DNA of 64,000 nt from Escherichia phage PSD2001: sequence record OK254198.1; one strand, written 5' to 3'. The position numbers and the translations under genes are program-made. Positions 29,970 through 42,600 of this stretch are shown one piece after another (within the stretch, counting starts at the first letter, position 1; each line of letters opens with the position of its first letter). The notes beneath the pieces are model-generated. The model was not told where the DNA came from. It worked only from the letters and a program-made list of their open reading frames with translations, and made no database searches.

Positions 29970-32225
29970 TCAAAGTTTACAGGCGGAGCAGTCTTCTGCT
30001 TTAGGAGCTTCGATTTCGTAATCGTCTGTTCCGGAACCATCTCTAGTGTTATGATAATAAAGGTTTTTTCCACCAAAATACCAGAAGTACATCAGGTCGT
30101 CAAGCATAACTGACATCGGAACTTTTCCTTTCGGATAATTCTGCGGGTCATAATACGTATTTGCCGATGCTGACTGACAAATCCATTTCAACATAATCGC
30201 GACTTGGGTCAGATAAGGTTTGTTACCTTGCTTAGCTAGCACCCATGCGTAATCGTACAATCCTTTATTGTGCTCAATATTGGGCACGACTTGATTAAAG
30301 GAACCCTCTTTTGACTCTTTAATAGAGACTGGTCCACGCGGAGGTTCGATACCGTTTGTACTGTTAGAAACTTGGGAAGATGACTCACAAGGCATAAGTG
30401 CTGATAATGTGCTATTACGGATGCCATATTCAACCAGGTCTTCCCGCAACTGCGCCCAGTCACAAACGTAGTTTGGAGCTGCGATTTGGTCAATCTTTTT
30501 ATTGTACCAGTCGATAGGTAATTCGCCTCGAGCCCAACGAGTGTCTGAATAATATTCGCAAGGTCCTTTTTCTTTGGCGAGCTTGATTGATGCTCGGATA
30601 AGGCCATATTGTAATCTCTCGAACAGTTCATGCGTTAAATCGTTTGCATCAGCGTAGGAAGCGAAATTGCTTGCCAGCCATGCAGCATAGTTAGTAACCC
30701 CAACACCCAGGTTACGGCGTTTTTTGGCTTTCAGAGCTTCTTTAACCGGATAACCCTGATAGTCCAACAGGTTATCAAGAGCACGAACTTGAACTTCGGC
30801 CAGTTCATTAATCTTATCTTGGTCTTGCCAGTCAAAACTATCCAGAACAAATGCAGACAATGTGCACAATCCGATTTCAGCGTCTTCGTTGTTCACATCA
30901 GTAGTCGGGATTGCAATTTCGCAGCAAAGGTTTGATTGACGAATCGGAGCCTTGTCACGGATAAACGGAGTGTAGTCATTCACGTTATCGACGAACTGCG
31001 GATAAACCCTGGCTGTACCGGAACGTTCGGTCATGAATAATTCAAATACATCTTTTGCTTTGATGCGCTTCTTACGAACCGTCGGGTCTTTTTCTAAGGC
31101 TTCATATAACTCGCGGAATTTATCCGGGTTATCAAAATATGAATAATACAATTCACCGCCAGCTTCGTGTGGACTAAACAGAGTGATGTAATCATTCTTA
31201 GCCAGTCGTTCCATCATCAGGTTATTCAGCTGGACACCATAGTCCATATGTCTGATGCGGTTTTCTTCAACGCCCTTGTTGTTCTTCAGAACGAGTAAAT
31301 TTTCAACTTCCAAATGCCAAATAGGATAATAAGCAGTAGCAGCGCCGCCACGGATTCCACCTTGTGAACATGATTTAACAGCCGTTTGGAAATGTTTCCA
31401 GAACGGAATAACACCAGTATGCTTGACTTCGCCCATACCGATTTTCGAACCTTCGGCACGAATCATGCCAACGTTGATACCGATACCTGCACGCTTACTG
31501 ATATATTCGATGATTGAATTAGCAGTCTTATTAATTGACTTCAGGGAGTCAGCCGCTTCGATAACCACACAGGAACTGAACTGTCGGGTAGGTGTTCTGG
31601 CGCCCGCCATGATAGGTGTGGGCAACGAAACCTGTCGGGTGGATACTGCATCATAAAAACGGCAAACGTGCTTCAGGCGGTCCGTTGGTTCATCCTGGTG
31701 CAGTGCCATGCCGATAGCCATGATAGCGAATTGCGGAGTCTCGTAGATTTTACCAGTGGTTTTATCTTTAACCAGGTATTTCTCTTTAAGTTGCATCGCG
31801 CCTGCATAAGTCAGGTCAAAATCACGTTCATGCTTGATACGAGATTCCAGATAAGTAATCTCTTCGGCCGAGTAGCTTGACAACAGCTCCGGGTCGTATT
31901 TGCCTTCATTAACACAATAAGAAATCTGGTCAATAAAAGAACGCGGCTCAAATTGTCCATAAACATCTTTACGCAGAGCAAACATCGTAGCTTTGGCTGC
32001 AACATATTGGTAATCTGGTTCTTCAACCGAGATAAGTCCAGCAGACACTTTGATGATAACCGTCTGAATATCGCGAGTAGTCATACCATCGCGCAGATGC
32101 GGTTTGATTGTTTCGTATAATTCATATGGGTCGATATTAGTTCCTTCACATGACCAGGAAAGAACTTTAATAATTTTCTGGCCATCAAAATCTTGGGATA
32201 CACCACTACTTTTTTGTACTTGCAT
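29970..32225 (-). CDS. nrdA: ribonucleotide reductase large subunit
   Basis: 751 aa continuous ORF (T4 754). Confidence 0.9.
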   Translation of the reverse strand: MQVQKSSGVSQDFDGQKIIKVLSWSCEGTNIDPYELYETIKPHLRDGMTTRDIQTVIIKVSAGLISVEEPDYQYVAAKATMFALRKDVYGQFEPRSFIDQISYCVNEGKYDPELLSSYSAEEITYLESRIKHERDFDLTYAGAMQLKEKYLVKDKTTGKIYETPQFAIMAIGMALHQDEPTDRLKHVCRFYDAVSTRQVSLPTPIMAGARTPTRQFSSCVVIEAADSLKSINKTANSIIEYISKRAGIGINVGMIRAEGSKIGMGEVKHTGVIPFWKHFQTAVKSCSQGGIRGGAATAYYPIWHLEVENLLVLKNNKGVEENRIRHMDYGVQLNNLMMERLAKNDYITLFSPHEAGGELYYSYFDNPDKFRELYEALEKDPTVRKKRIKAKDVFELFMTERSGTARVYPQFVDNVNDYTPFIRDKAPIRQSNLCCEIAIPTTDVNNEDAEIGLCTLSAFVLDSFDWQDQDKINELAEVQVRALDNLLDYQGYPVKEALKAKKRRNLGVGVTNYAAWLASNFASYADANDLTHELFERLQYGLIRASIKLAKEKGPCEYYSDTRWARGELPIDWYNKKIDQIAAPNYVCDWAQLREDLVEYGIRNSTLSALMPCESSSQVSNSTNGIEPPRGPVSIKESKEGSFNQVVPNIEHNKGLYDYAWVLAKQGNKPYLTQVAIMLKWICQSASANTYYDPQNYPKGKVPMSVMLDDLMYFWYFGGKNLYYHNTRDGSGTDDYEIEAPKAEDCSACKL

Positions 32226-32258
32226 GTTTTCCTCTATAGTTCAAAAGGGTTGGGAACC

Positions 32259-32504
32259 TTAAATTGTTTCTGGTAGTTCCGAAGTCATTTCATCATTATA
32301 TTCTTCTTCTGACTGGACAGTGATGTCAAAATATGACTGGACGTCACCGGCTGAATCATGACAGTAGACACGTTCATGTCTTTTGGCCAGAAATTTGATT
32401 CCGTCAATAGTGATATAAGAATTTGGGGCAGGTAAATCCTGTTCGGTAAATTGTGGCATTTCAAAAATGACTTCGCCTGACTGGCGTTTAAATCGTAAAT
32501 TCAT
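32259..32504 (-). CDS. hypothetical protein (nrdA.1 position)
   Basis: 81 aa track ORF. Confidence 0.5.
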   Translation of the reverse strand: MNLRFKRQSGEVIFEMPQFTEQDLPAPNSYITIDGIKFLAKRHERVYCHDSAGDVQSYFDITVQSEEEYNDEMTSELPETI

Positions 32505-32563
32505 AATTTCCTCTCATTAAATTTTAAATAATTATATCACAGTGCCCTGAAGCGGAATCGTAT

Positions 32564-32863
32564 TTATGTACCCAAATCCTCGAGCGAAAAGGTGTCTTTG
32601 AAAAGTTTGTTAACGACTAGAGCGATAATATCACCATGACATGACTTCGGTTTGCATGTGCAGGCTAATCGCATTCCGCGGAGAGTTTCAAGGTGTTCTC
32701 TTTTGATTTCACCCGATTTAATCTTTGCTATGAAATATTCTTTAAAGTTCTTTATGTTTTCTTCTCGGGTACCATCTTTATATGGATTTCCCCACATGGT
32801 ACCCCGTTGAATATTCACATCAAAGTCGGATTGATATTTGTTAACAACCCGACAGGCTTTCAT
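32564..32863 (-). CDS. hypothetical Cys/His-containing protein (nrdA.2 position)
   Basis: 99 aa track ORF with GNPY...RLACTCKPKSCHGD. Confidence 0.5.
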   Translation of the reverse strand: MKACRVVNKYQSDFDVNIQRGTMWGNPYKDGTREENIKNFKEYFIAKIKSGEIKREHLETLRGMRLACTCKPKSCHGDIIALVVNKLFKDTFSLEDLGT

Positions 32864-32924
32864 AGTAGGAAGTTAAGCCCGACCATTACGGCCAGAAATA
32901 AAATACCGACAATTTGAATTTTCA

Positions 32925-34701
<1,777 letters not shown>

Positions 34702-34711
34702 TATATTTTCC

Positions 34712-34951
34712 TCACGCTTTCTTAGCGATTTTCCAGTCAGCTTTAAATTGGTCAACATCAGAGTGGTGAATCCAGAAACCAGATGAGCTACCATCTTCAT
34801 AAAGAGGACAACCATCACACTCATCTTTCCAACCCATTGCACACAAAGTTTCTTCAGCTTTTTCCAGAGCTTCTGGATTGTTACCCTGGATTGTAAAGTA
34901 CCATTTGCCTTTAACTTCTGAATCTTTGATGCTCTCACGTTGTAATTTCAT
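34712..34951 (-). CDS. hypothetical protein (frd.x)
   Basis: 79 aa; conserved CTGGAGAATAAAATG initiation region. Confidence 0.55.
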   Translation of the reverse strand: MKLQRESIKDSEVKGKWYFTIQGNNPEALEKAEETLCAMGWKDECDGCPLYEDGSSSGFWIHHSDVDQFKADWKIAKKA

Positions 34952-35025
34952 TTTATTCTCCAGGGTTTTAGTTGTTAACTCAGTATGGGACCATTATGTC
35001 ATAGCCCCATTTGGTTGTACACTAC
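34952..35025 (-). promoter_or_regulatory. early promoter cassette with conserved leader
   Basis: GTGTACAA, 16 nt, CATAATGG, ACTGAGTTAAC leader, GGAG. Confidence 0.45.
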
Positions 35026-35028
35026 TTT

Positions 35029-35295
35029 TTAAATTTTATCAAGCCATTTTCCAAGTTTAGTCATTTCCTTGGTGGCTTTTTCCATACTTCTGAACTTAAC
35101 TAATAAAGGATAGGTATCTACACCCATCACCAGATTGGTTGCAAGACTATGTTCACCCACAAGCCATAATGAGTATGTTTGAACATCCAGACCATAATTT
35201 CTGTCTTTATGTAAACGTACACCCATTACTTCAAACTGTTCACTCGCCCTTTCTACTGCGTCCAGGAAATCATCTTTAGTCATATTAGACCCCAA
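35029..35295 (-). CDS. hypothetical protein (frd.x)
   Basis: 88 aa track ORF. Confidence 0.5.
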   Translation of the reverse strand: MGSNMTKDDFLDAVERASEQFEVMGVRLHKDRNYGLDVQTYSLWLVGEHSLATNLVMGVDTYPLLVKFRSMEKATKEMTKLGKWLDKI

Positions 35296-35647
35296 AAGTT
35301 GCTTTAATCAATGCAATGACTTCCGCAGCATTTTTGTGATTGACTTGCACATGAATGGTTTGGGTATCAACATCAGGAGCATCGCCATCAACTTCCAGGA
35401 AGTGGCGGAATTCACTTTCAGAGAGTTCAAAATAATCATCAGCTCCATCGCTATTCAGGATGGTACCATCTTTCATTTCAACTTTTTCAACAAAATAATC
35501 ACCTTCAATATAACACATATCCAGGACTTTGAAGGAATTACCATGTTGTTCCATCAACTTGACCATACACGAATTAGATTTAGGATTTTCTTTAATGAAA
35601 CGTTTTTTGGCAGCAGGGTCTAATACGTAAAATTTACCAGTTTCCAT
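35285..35647 (-). CDS. hypothetical protein, DDYFELSE-motif paralog 1
   Basis: Trimmed to METGKF with GAGGA RBS; shares DGADDYFELSESEF with the ORF at 35994. Confidence 0.5.
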   Translation of the reverse strand: METGKFYVLDPAAKKRFIKENPKSNSCMVKLMEQHGNSFKVLDMCYIEGDYFVEKVEMKDGTILNSDGADDYFELSESEFRHFLEVDGDAPDVDTQTIHVQVNHKNAAEVIALIKATFGV

Positions 35648-35649
35648 TT

Positions 35650-35705
35650 TAATTTCCTCATATTCAATTGGGAACATATTATCATGTTCCCGTTGGTTTG
35701 TATAC
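35650..35705 (-). promoter_or_regulatory. early promoter / stem-loop cassette
   Basis: Inverted repeat GGGAACAT...ATGTTCCC around an AT-rich core, GTATACAA -35-like element. Confidence 0.35.
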
Positions 35706-35932
35706 TAAGCTTCAATCAAATTCATATAAAATTCAGCGTCTTCCGGGTGCATCCCTTCGCAATACTCATCAGCCATAAAGCGGGTAAGGTCTTCAAGAGG
35801 ACCTTGGACTTCAATTTGCATACTACAGAATTGCTTATCTTTAATGTAAGTCATGCACAAAGAAGGATAACGATTGCGAATAACTTCGTAAGTGTATTCA
35901 AAATCAACGATATCAATATTAACCTTAGCCAT
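35705..35932 (-). CDS. hypothetical protein
   Basis: 75 aa track ORF. Confidence 0.5.
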   Translation of the reverse strand: MAKVNIDIVDFEYTYEVIRNRYPSLCMTYIKDKQFCSMQIEVQGPLEDLTRFMADEYCEGMHPEDAEFYMNLIEA

Positions 35933-35934
35933 TT

Positions 35935-35993
35935 TATTTTCCTCATGTAGTTGATAGGTCTATAGTATCTCAACCATAGACCCTTGTAAACTG
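35935..35993 (-). promoter_or_regulatory. early promoter / stem-loop cassette
   Basis: Inverted repeat GGTCTAT...ATAGACC, GTTTACAA -35-like element. Confidence 0.35.
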
Positions 35994-36356
35994 CTATTTG
36001 AAAGCTTTTTGTAGAAGTTCAATGATTTGGTCAACGTTATTAGCATCCACAACACAATTAATAGAAACCGCACCTGAAGGTGTTTTTGCATAACTAGAGT
36101 ATTCACGGAAGCAATAAAACTCTTCTTCACTAAGTTCAAAATAATCATCGCCCATACCATCATCATTATAGATTGCACCATTAGCACAAATGATTTCGGT
36201 TACATAATCATAGCCGTCTGCACTTGATATTGATTTAACTTCAAACCAACCGCCATTTTCTTGGATGATGTCGACCATACCAGCATTCGATGAACTAATA
36301 TCAATGAAAGATTTAATACGATGTGGATTGAACTCATATTTTTTGCCGATTTCCAT
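35994..36356 (-). CDS. hypothetical protein, DDYFELSE-motif paralog 2
   Basis: 120 aa; DGMGDDYFELSEEEF. Confidence 0.5.
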   Translation of the reverse strand: MEIGKKYEFNPHRIKSFIDISSSNAGMVDIIQENGGWFEVKSISSADGYDYVTEIICANGAIYNDDGMGDDYFELSEEEFYCFREYSSYAKTPSGAVSINCVVDANNVDQIIELLQKAFK

Positions 36357-36359
36357 TTT

Positions 36360-36425
36360 AATTTCCTCAGTTGTTATCAGTAGTTGATGGAATCATTATG
36401 CCTTAGCTCAAAGGACTTGTACACT
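36360..36425 (-). promoter_or_regulatory. early promoter cassette
   Basis: GTGTACAA, 16 nt, CATAATG, leader ATTCCATCAACTACTG. Confidence 0.4.
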
Positions 36426-36433
36426 ACTTTTTG

Positions 36434-36465
36434 AAAATAAAAAAGGGACCCGAAGGTCCCCTTAT
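36434..36465 (-). terminator. intrinsic terminator after gene 32
   Basis: Hairpin GGGACC-ttcg-GGTCCC plus TTTTTTATTTT on the minus strand. Confidence 0.7.
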
Positions 36466-36466
36466 A

Positions 36467-37378
36467 TTAAAGGCCAGCCAGAAGGTCGTCAAGACCATCA
36501 TCAGAAGGCTCTGGAGTGCTTGGAGCAGTCGCAGTGCGTTCAGACTTAGCAGGTTTGCTGGAAGTGAAGTCTTCCATATCTTTATCAAAATCGTCCAGGT
36601 CAGCACCCAGTTTATCGGCTTGCGCAGCAGCTTTAGAAGCAGCACCACCGAGAGCAGCTGTACCCATTACTTTAGAGAATTTCTTCTGATTCTCTTCAAG
36701 AGATTTAAATACCAGCAATTCATTCAGGTCAGACATTTCGTCCCAAAGTTTTTTCTGGAATGCTTCATCATTGATGCCAGCGATTTCAGACTGGTTCATG
36801 AATTTGGAATCATCGTAGTTTTTATAATTGGAAACCATTTTAGATTTCAGTACGAAGTTCGCACCTTCAAAAGGACAGGTTACATCAACAGCTGTTTCGC
36901 CCATGTCAACATCGACTTCAACCATCTGGTTGATTTTGTCCATGATTTTCTTACCAAAGCGATATTTGAATACTTGACCTTCGTTAGACGGAACTGCAGG
37001 GTCTTTAATGACCAGGATGTTAGCCCAGTAAGAAGTATTACGCTTCAGTTTACGATATTCGGATTCGTTTGTATTGTACAGGTCATTCTTATTCATGTAC
37101 GCACACACAGGGCAGTTTTCATAATCGCCGTGAGTAGAAGTACAGTTTTCAATATACCATTGACCAGCATTTTTAAAGCCGTGGTTAACGAGCTTGATGA
37201 ATGGAGATGGATTTTCTTCATTCTTAGAAGGCAGGAAACGAATAACCGCAGAGCCGACGCCATCAGTATCTTTCAGTTTCCATTCTTTTTTATCGTCAGA
37301 AGAGAAACCAGAACCACCTTTAAGAGCGTTAAGGGAAGCAGCCAGGTCAGCAGGGTTTTTACGTTTAAACATAGACAT
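36467..37378 (-). CDS. 32: single-stranded DNA-binding protein gp32
   Basis: 303 aa; strong similarity to remembered T4 gp32 ([35 protein letters not shown], acidic C-terminus). Confidence 0.95.
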   Translation of the reverse strand: MSMFKRKNPADLAASLNALKGGSGFSSDDKKEWKLKDTDGVGSAVIRFLPSKNEENPSPFIKLVNHGFKNAGQWYIENCTSTHGDYENCPVCAYMNKNDLYNTNESEYRKLKRNTSYWANILVIKDPAVPSNEGQVFKYRFGKKIMDKINQMVEVDVDMGETAVDVTCPFEGANFVLKSKMVSNYKNYDDSKFMNQSEIAGINDEAFQKKLWDEMSDLNELLVFKSLEENQKKFSKVMGTAALGGAASKAAAQADKLGADLDDFDKDMEDFTSSKPAKSERTATAPSTPEPSDDGLDDLLAGL

Positions 37379-37438
37379 ATGATTTTCCTTAGATTATTTG
37401 ATTTTTAGCAGTTGTTTTGATTACGTATTAATTATACT

Positions 37439-38107
37439 TCAAAGTGCTTGAAGCGTTATTTGACAGTTTTTAACGGTCTCGATGAACAATTTACGAGCTT
37501 CAAGAGAATCTATATTTAAGATTTTCTTATAGGCATTTAGTTTGGTTGAATACTTTTCCCAAACCAAGTCGTTAGTCTGTTCATCATGTTTATTTATAAT
37601 ACCTAAAAATGAATCAAGCAAACAAAACGTTTCAAATGAGATAACATTCGATTGGAGAAGTTTGAAAATATAACTTGTGTTTACTTTAGTATTATACTCG
37701 AAAATCTCTTGGAGCGATTTGACTTCGACTTTCTTACTGAAGTAATATATGTTCTTTATATCATCTTCGTATACTTGTCTAATTCTTTTAAGTCGGCCAA
37801 TGTATTCCCTATAAAATATTAGAGCATCGGCATCACTTATATCGCCTATCCATGCATCCTGGTTTGCAACCAGGTTTGACATGAATATTAACGTTAATTC
37901 TTTAAGAGTGTACTTATCGCTAAGCTTTTCGAAAAAATACTTATCGCGACGTTTTTGATAAGCACTATCGGAGATTCGCATGGTCCAGTTATATTTGATA
38001 ATATCATAACGACCCGAAAAATGCTGTTTGATGGATAAGTACAGTTGGTATACTGATTTACCATTTATATATCGGTTGTTATTTGGAGGCATGCGAATCG
38101 TAATCAT
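37439..38107 (-). CDS. 59: helicase loader gp59
   Basis: 222 aa; near-identical to remembered T4 gp59. Confidence 0.9.
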   Translation of the reverse strand: MITIRMPPNNNRYINGKSVYQLYLSIKQHFSGRYDIIKYNWTMRISDSAYQKRRDKYFFEKLSDKYTLKELTLIFMSNLVANQDAWIGDISDADALIFYREYIGRLKRIRQVYEDDIKNIYYFSKKVEVKSLQEIFEYNTKVNTSYIFKLLQSNVISFETFCLLDSFLGIINKHDEQTNDLVWEKYSTKLNAYKKILNIDSLEARKLFIETVKNCQITLQAL

Positions 38108-38397
38108 AACAAAAAGTCCAGCGTATTAGTTTTCTGTGTACGAGACATACTCGGACGAAGCAAGTTATCATCATATGCTTCATTCATAATCTTATCGACG
38201 ATTCCCGCAGGGATATATCGCGCAAAATTGCCTTCAGGAATTCCACGTTCTTCCAACCAGGCAGTCGCAGCTTCCAGATAAGACATTTCAGTTGACTCGA
38301 CCATAGCTTCAATATCAAGCCCGTTTTGCTGCTTACTAATCGCCCCGGAAGGCGATTCAGTTTTCTGTGTATCAAAATTAACTAAAGAGGACATCAT
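38104..38397 (-). CDS. 33: late transcription co-activator gp33
   Basis: C-terminus LLRPSMSRTQKTNTLDFLL resembles T4 gp33; track ORF start would overlap dsbA by >100 nt, so trimmed to MMSSLV; start uncertain. Confidence 0.55.
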   Translation of the reverse strand: MMSSLVNFDTQKTESPSGAISKQQNGLDIEAMVESTEMSYLEAATAWLEERGIPEGNFARYIPAGIVDKIMNEAYDDNLLRPSMSRTQKTNTLDFLL

Positions 38398-38647
38398 AGA
38401 GCTCCACAGCTTCGGTTTTTTCATCTTCAAAACGCTCACGAGTGCCTTTATGATACAGGCCGAGCTGTGTATTGAACATCTTACCGTCAACACCTAATTC
38501 AGTTTTTGCCTTGTCTTTAAGGTCTTTAATTTCGTCTGCATATGCTTCCATTTTTAATTTGGTATCGGAAGCAGCTTTAATCAGCTTGGCCAGTTCAGCA
38601 CCATGAGTATCAGGACAAAATTCAACTTTCACTTTTTTCTCTTTCAT
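38378..38647 (-). CDS. dsbA: dsDNA-binding protein DsbA
   Basis: 89 aa (T4 DsbA 89 aa), position between rnh and 33. Confidence 0.7.
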   Translation of the reverse strand: MKEKKVKVEFCPDTHGAELAKLIKAASDTKLKMEAYADEIKDLKDKAKTELGVDGKMFNTQLGLYHKGTRERFEDEKTEAVELYDVLFS

Positions 38648-38655
38648 AATATACC

Positions 38656-39600
38656 TTAATAAAATTCGGCAATGTTTGCAGTTAGTTTAGACAGACCAGA
38701 CTTAACAAAGTAAGGATAAACTTTACTTTTAGCCGGGATAACGTAGTTATTATATCGTTCTAAGATTGAAGCGGATATTTCCGTTGGGATAAAGTCCATA
38801 TCAATCAACAATTGATTTTCACAGAATCTATTATATTGTTCTTCTGTTAAAAGCGTTTTCAAAACATCGTGGTCGTAATAGTTGAGTGCAATTTGTTCAA
38901 GCTCAGCGGCGCGGGTCGGTGGAGTGCGTTCGCCTTCTTCGTGGGTGTAATAAAAATCACCACGAACCTTGATGCTTGACACGTTATCTTTTTTGTCACC
39001 TTTAACAACCTTTGTCACGCAATCCATAAGGGCATCGCCTGATTTAGTTTTGACATATTTTTTCTGCATCGGGGACCATTGTTTCACCCCAGGGAATTTA
39101 TGTAGCTGTGTAAAGTCACCATCCGAAGAAACAATCATAACCGGATGTCCTAGACCAGTGAGCAACTTCGTTAATACTGCAATATGGTCATCAGCCTCGA
39201 CTTTATCCATATTCATCACGATGTAAGGCATATGTTTTTCCATTTCATCGATGATGATATGCATGGCAGCATGTAGACCTTCCCAATCGAATTGAGACTC
39301 TTCACGAGCTTTCGCACGGTTTTTCTTATAGTAATAAGATTTAGTCCGGCGCCAATAACCGTTCTTCGAGTTATCAACACAAATAATCGGAATCGTATAA
39401 CCGAGCTTCTTGAACTGCACAATATTTTTTCGGATAGAGTTTAGAACCAGGTGTCTGGTCATTGCAGTTGTTACCTTCGGAAAGCCTGCGTCTTTGCCGA
39501 ATTCCTGGAAGGCTGCAGCCATGATGAGCTGACTAAAATCGAGTAACTGAAAACCATCTTTTTGACGGTCTTCTTCAGGGAGTAAAAAATCTAAATTCAT
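38656..39600 (-). CDS. rnh: RNase H (5'-3' exonuclease, FEN-1 family)
   Basis: 314 aa; strong similarity to remembered T4 RNase H (YEADDHIAVL, SSDGDFTQLHK, KGDKKDNV). Confidence 0.9.
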   Translation of the reverse strand: MNLDFLLPEEDRQKDGFQLLDFSQLIMAAAFQEFGKDAGFPKVTTAMTRHLVLNSIRKNIVQFKKLGYTIPIICVDNSKNGYWRRTKSYYYKKNRAKAREESQFDWEGLHAAMHIIIDEMEKHMPYIVMNMDKVEADDHIAVLTKLLTGLGHPVMIVSSDGDFTQLHKFPGVKQWSPMQKKYVKTKSGDALMDCVTKVVKGDKKDNVSSIKVRGDFYYTHEEGERTPPTRAAELEQIALNYYDHDVLKTLLTEEQYNRFCENQLLIDMDFIPTEISASILERYNNYVIPAKSKVYPYFVKSGLSKLTANIAEFY

Positions 39601-39657
39601 ATGAACCTCTGTTCAATTAGTTGACTCGATTATATTAGCATAAAATTTTTAAAGCAA

Positions 39658-39665
39658 TATAAATA
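39658..39665 (+). promoter_or_regulatory. late promoter TATAAATA for gene 34
   Basis: TATAAATA ~31 nt upstream of the gene 34 ATG. Confidence 0.55.
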
Positions 39666-39696
39666 CACATATACCAAATCAATAAGGATAAAGCAC

Positions 39697-42600
39697 ATGG
39701 CCGATATTTTAAAACCAGCATTCAGAGCAACATCCGGTCTCGATGCTGCTGGTGAGAAAGTCATTAATGTCGCAAAAGCTGATTACTCAGTTTTATCAGA
39801 CGGCGTTAACGTAGATTTCTTTATAGAAGAAAACACAGTTCAACAATATGATGCAACACGCGGATACAAAAAGAACTTTGCAGTTATTAATGATAACCGT
39901 ATTTGGGTTGCTCAACGTGATATCGCGGCTCCTGCGGGAGCATTTACCCCTCAGTATTGGTTAGCAACTCGTACTGACCCGAAATGGGAAACTGTTGCAT
40001 CTCCAACTCGTCAGCTTAACTCGGGTGAATTTATCGCCGTCGACTCGGCTGCAAGCTTTACCACATTTACATTGCCTCCAAACCCGGTTGACGGTGATAC
40101 CATCGTTATTAAAGATATCGGTGGGAACGTTGGTTACAATGAAATTAAAATCCAGTCAAGCAACGTACCAGGGGCAGGTAACCAAAAGATTGTTCGCTTT
40201 GGTAATCAGTATCCGGAAATTTTAATTACCAAACCATTCTCTTATAACATGCTTATCTTTTCAAACCGCTTATGGCAATTTTGGGAAGCTGGCAACGAAG
40301 AACGTGGCATCAGAGTAGAACCATCAACGGGTCGTTTCCATGCACAAGCTGGCGACTTTATTATGCGTCGTTATACAACTGGTGCACCGATTACTTTCAT
40401 TCTTCCTAAGTATGCAAACCAGGGTGATATTGTCAAATCTGTTGATATCGATGGCATGGGACCAACGTTCCACCTGATGGTTGAAACTTTTGACACCAGT
40501 TCCAGTCTTGGAAAAGCTGGCCAGCATCAAATGGAATTCCGTACCACAGGTGATGGTTTCTTCGTTTATAATGCTGCCGAAAAACTCTGGTATGTTTGGG
40601 ACGGTGATAATAAAACTCGTCTGCGCGTTATTCGTGACAGTGTTAAACTTTTACCAAACGAAAGCATCATTGTATTTGGCGAAGATAACTCAACTCCGGC
40701 AACGATTAATATCGATTTACCAACTAATGTTTTACAAGGTGACATTGTTAAAATTGCGCTGAACTATCTCCGCAAATCACAGACCGTTAATATAAGAGCT
40801 GCTGTTGGTGATAAGATTGCATCTGACATTAAATTGCTACAATTCCCTAAACGTTCCGAGTATCCACCGGATACAACTTGGGTGCTGGTTGATTCATTAA
40901 CCTTTAATGGCAACATCAGTTATACTCCGGTTATTGAATTGTCATATGCAGAAGATACAGTGGCTGGAACAAGTTATTGGGTTGTCGCTCAGAACGTCCC
41001 GACTGTCGAACGAGTTGACTCATTAAATGATTCCACGCGCGCACGTCTTGGTGTTATTGCTCTGGCAAACCAGACTCAGGCAAACGTTGACCATGAAAAT
41101 AATCCAGAGAAAGAACTTGCAATTACCCCTCAGACTTTAGCCAACCGTGTTGCTAAAGAGAACCAACGAGGCATTGCCAGAATCGCAACGACTGCTCAAG
41201 TAAATCAGAACAGTGATTTTGCATTTGTTGATGATGTAATTATTTCTCCGAAAAAACTCAATGAACGTACGGCAACAGAAACGAGACGTGGGCTCGCAGA
41301 ACTCGCCACACAGCAAGAAACCGATGCAGGTGTAGATGATACCACAATTATCACTCCAAAGAAACTGCAAGCGCGTCAGGGCTCAGAATCGCTATCTGGT
41401 ATTGTAACTTACGTTTCAACGACTGGTACAACTCCTGCTGCTTCACGTGAATTAAATGGTACAAACGTTTATAATAAAAATACGGTTAATCTGGTTGTTT
41501 CCCCGAAAGCTCTTGACCAGTACAAAGCTACTTACACTCAGCAAGGCGCGGTTATTCTTGCGGTTGAAAGTGAAGTAATTGCTGGTACTTCTCAATCTGG
41601 ATGGGCAAACGCAGTCGTTACTCCAGAAATGTTACATCGCAAAACTGCTCTTGATTCCCGTATCGGTTTAATCGAGATTGCTACCCAGGTTGAAACAGAT
41701 GCAGGAACCGATTATACCAGAGCTGTGACTCCCAAAACGTTAAATGACCGTAAAGCATCAGAAACGTTAACCGGCATAGCCGAGATTGCTACGCAATCAG
41801 AATTTGATACTGGAACTGATGATACTCGTATCTCAACCCCATTAAAAATTAAAAATAGATTTAATAATACTGCTCGTACTTCTGTTAATGCATTAAGTGG
41901 TTTAGTAGAAACAGGGACGCTCTGGGACCATTATAGCCTGAATATTCTTGAAGCAAATGAGACTCAGCGTGGCACAGCAAGATTAGCAACTCAGGGCGAA
42001 GTCAATACTGGCACTGACGATAAAACAATCGTTACTCCGCTTAAATTGATGTCGAAAAAAGCTACTGAAAATGCCGAAGGTATTGTTCGCATCGCGACAA
42101 ACGCAGAAGCAACAGCAGGCACATCAAAAGTCTTGGCCATTAGTCCGTCTGCGCTGAAATATATTGCACAAACGGAAACAACCTGGGAAGCATCTGAAAC
42201 ACTGCGTGGATTTGTTCGTTTATCTTCTGGTGCAGCTACTTCGGCCGCAACTACAACGACTGGTGCAGGATTTACATATGCAAATGGTGTGTATACTCCG
42301 GACCCAAGTAAACTGGTTAGCTATGCAAAATCTGGATATGCAGTTTCGCCTTACGAATTAAACCGCGTATTGCAAAACTTCTTACCGATAAATGCAATGG
42401 CTGTTAATGCCGAAAAACTGGATAACCTCGATTCGACCCAGTTTATTCGTCGTGATATTGCTCAGACTGTTGAAGGTGCGTTAACTCTTACTAAACAGAC
42501 AAATATCTCTGCTCCGGTTGTATCGACGAGCACTGCAGTGTTTACTGATGTAACGGCTGGCACTTCGACGTTCGGAACTGTGAATGTTGTTAACGGAACT

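Noticed and set aside
34702-34938. Upstream part of the 192 aa track ORF 34360..34938
   Set aside because: Overlaps the RBS-supported gene 34712..34951 in another frame; an internal ATG with a GAGGA RBS at 34701 gives a more plausible 114 aa gene
36431-37408. 325 aa plus-strand ORF
   Set aside because: Lies entirely antisense to gene 32, which has an unambiguous product; no RBS, and the composition reflects the complement of a real gene
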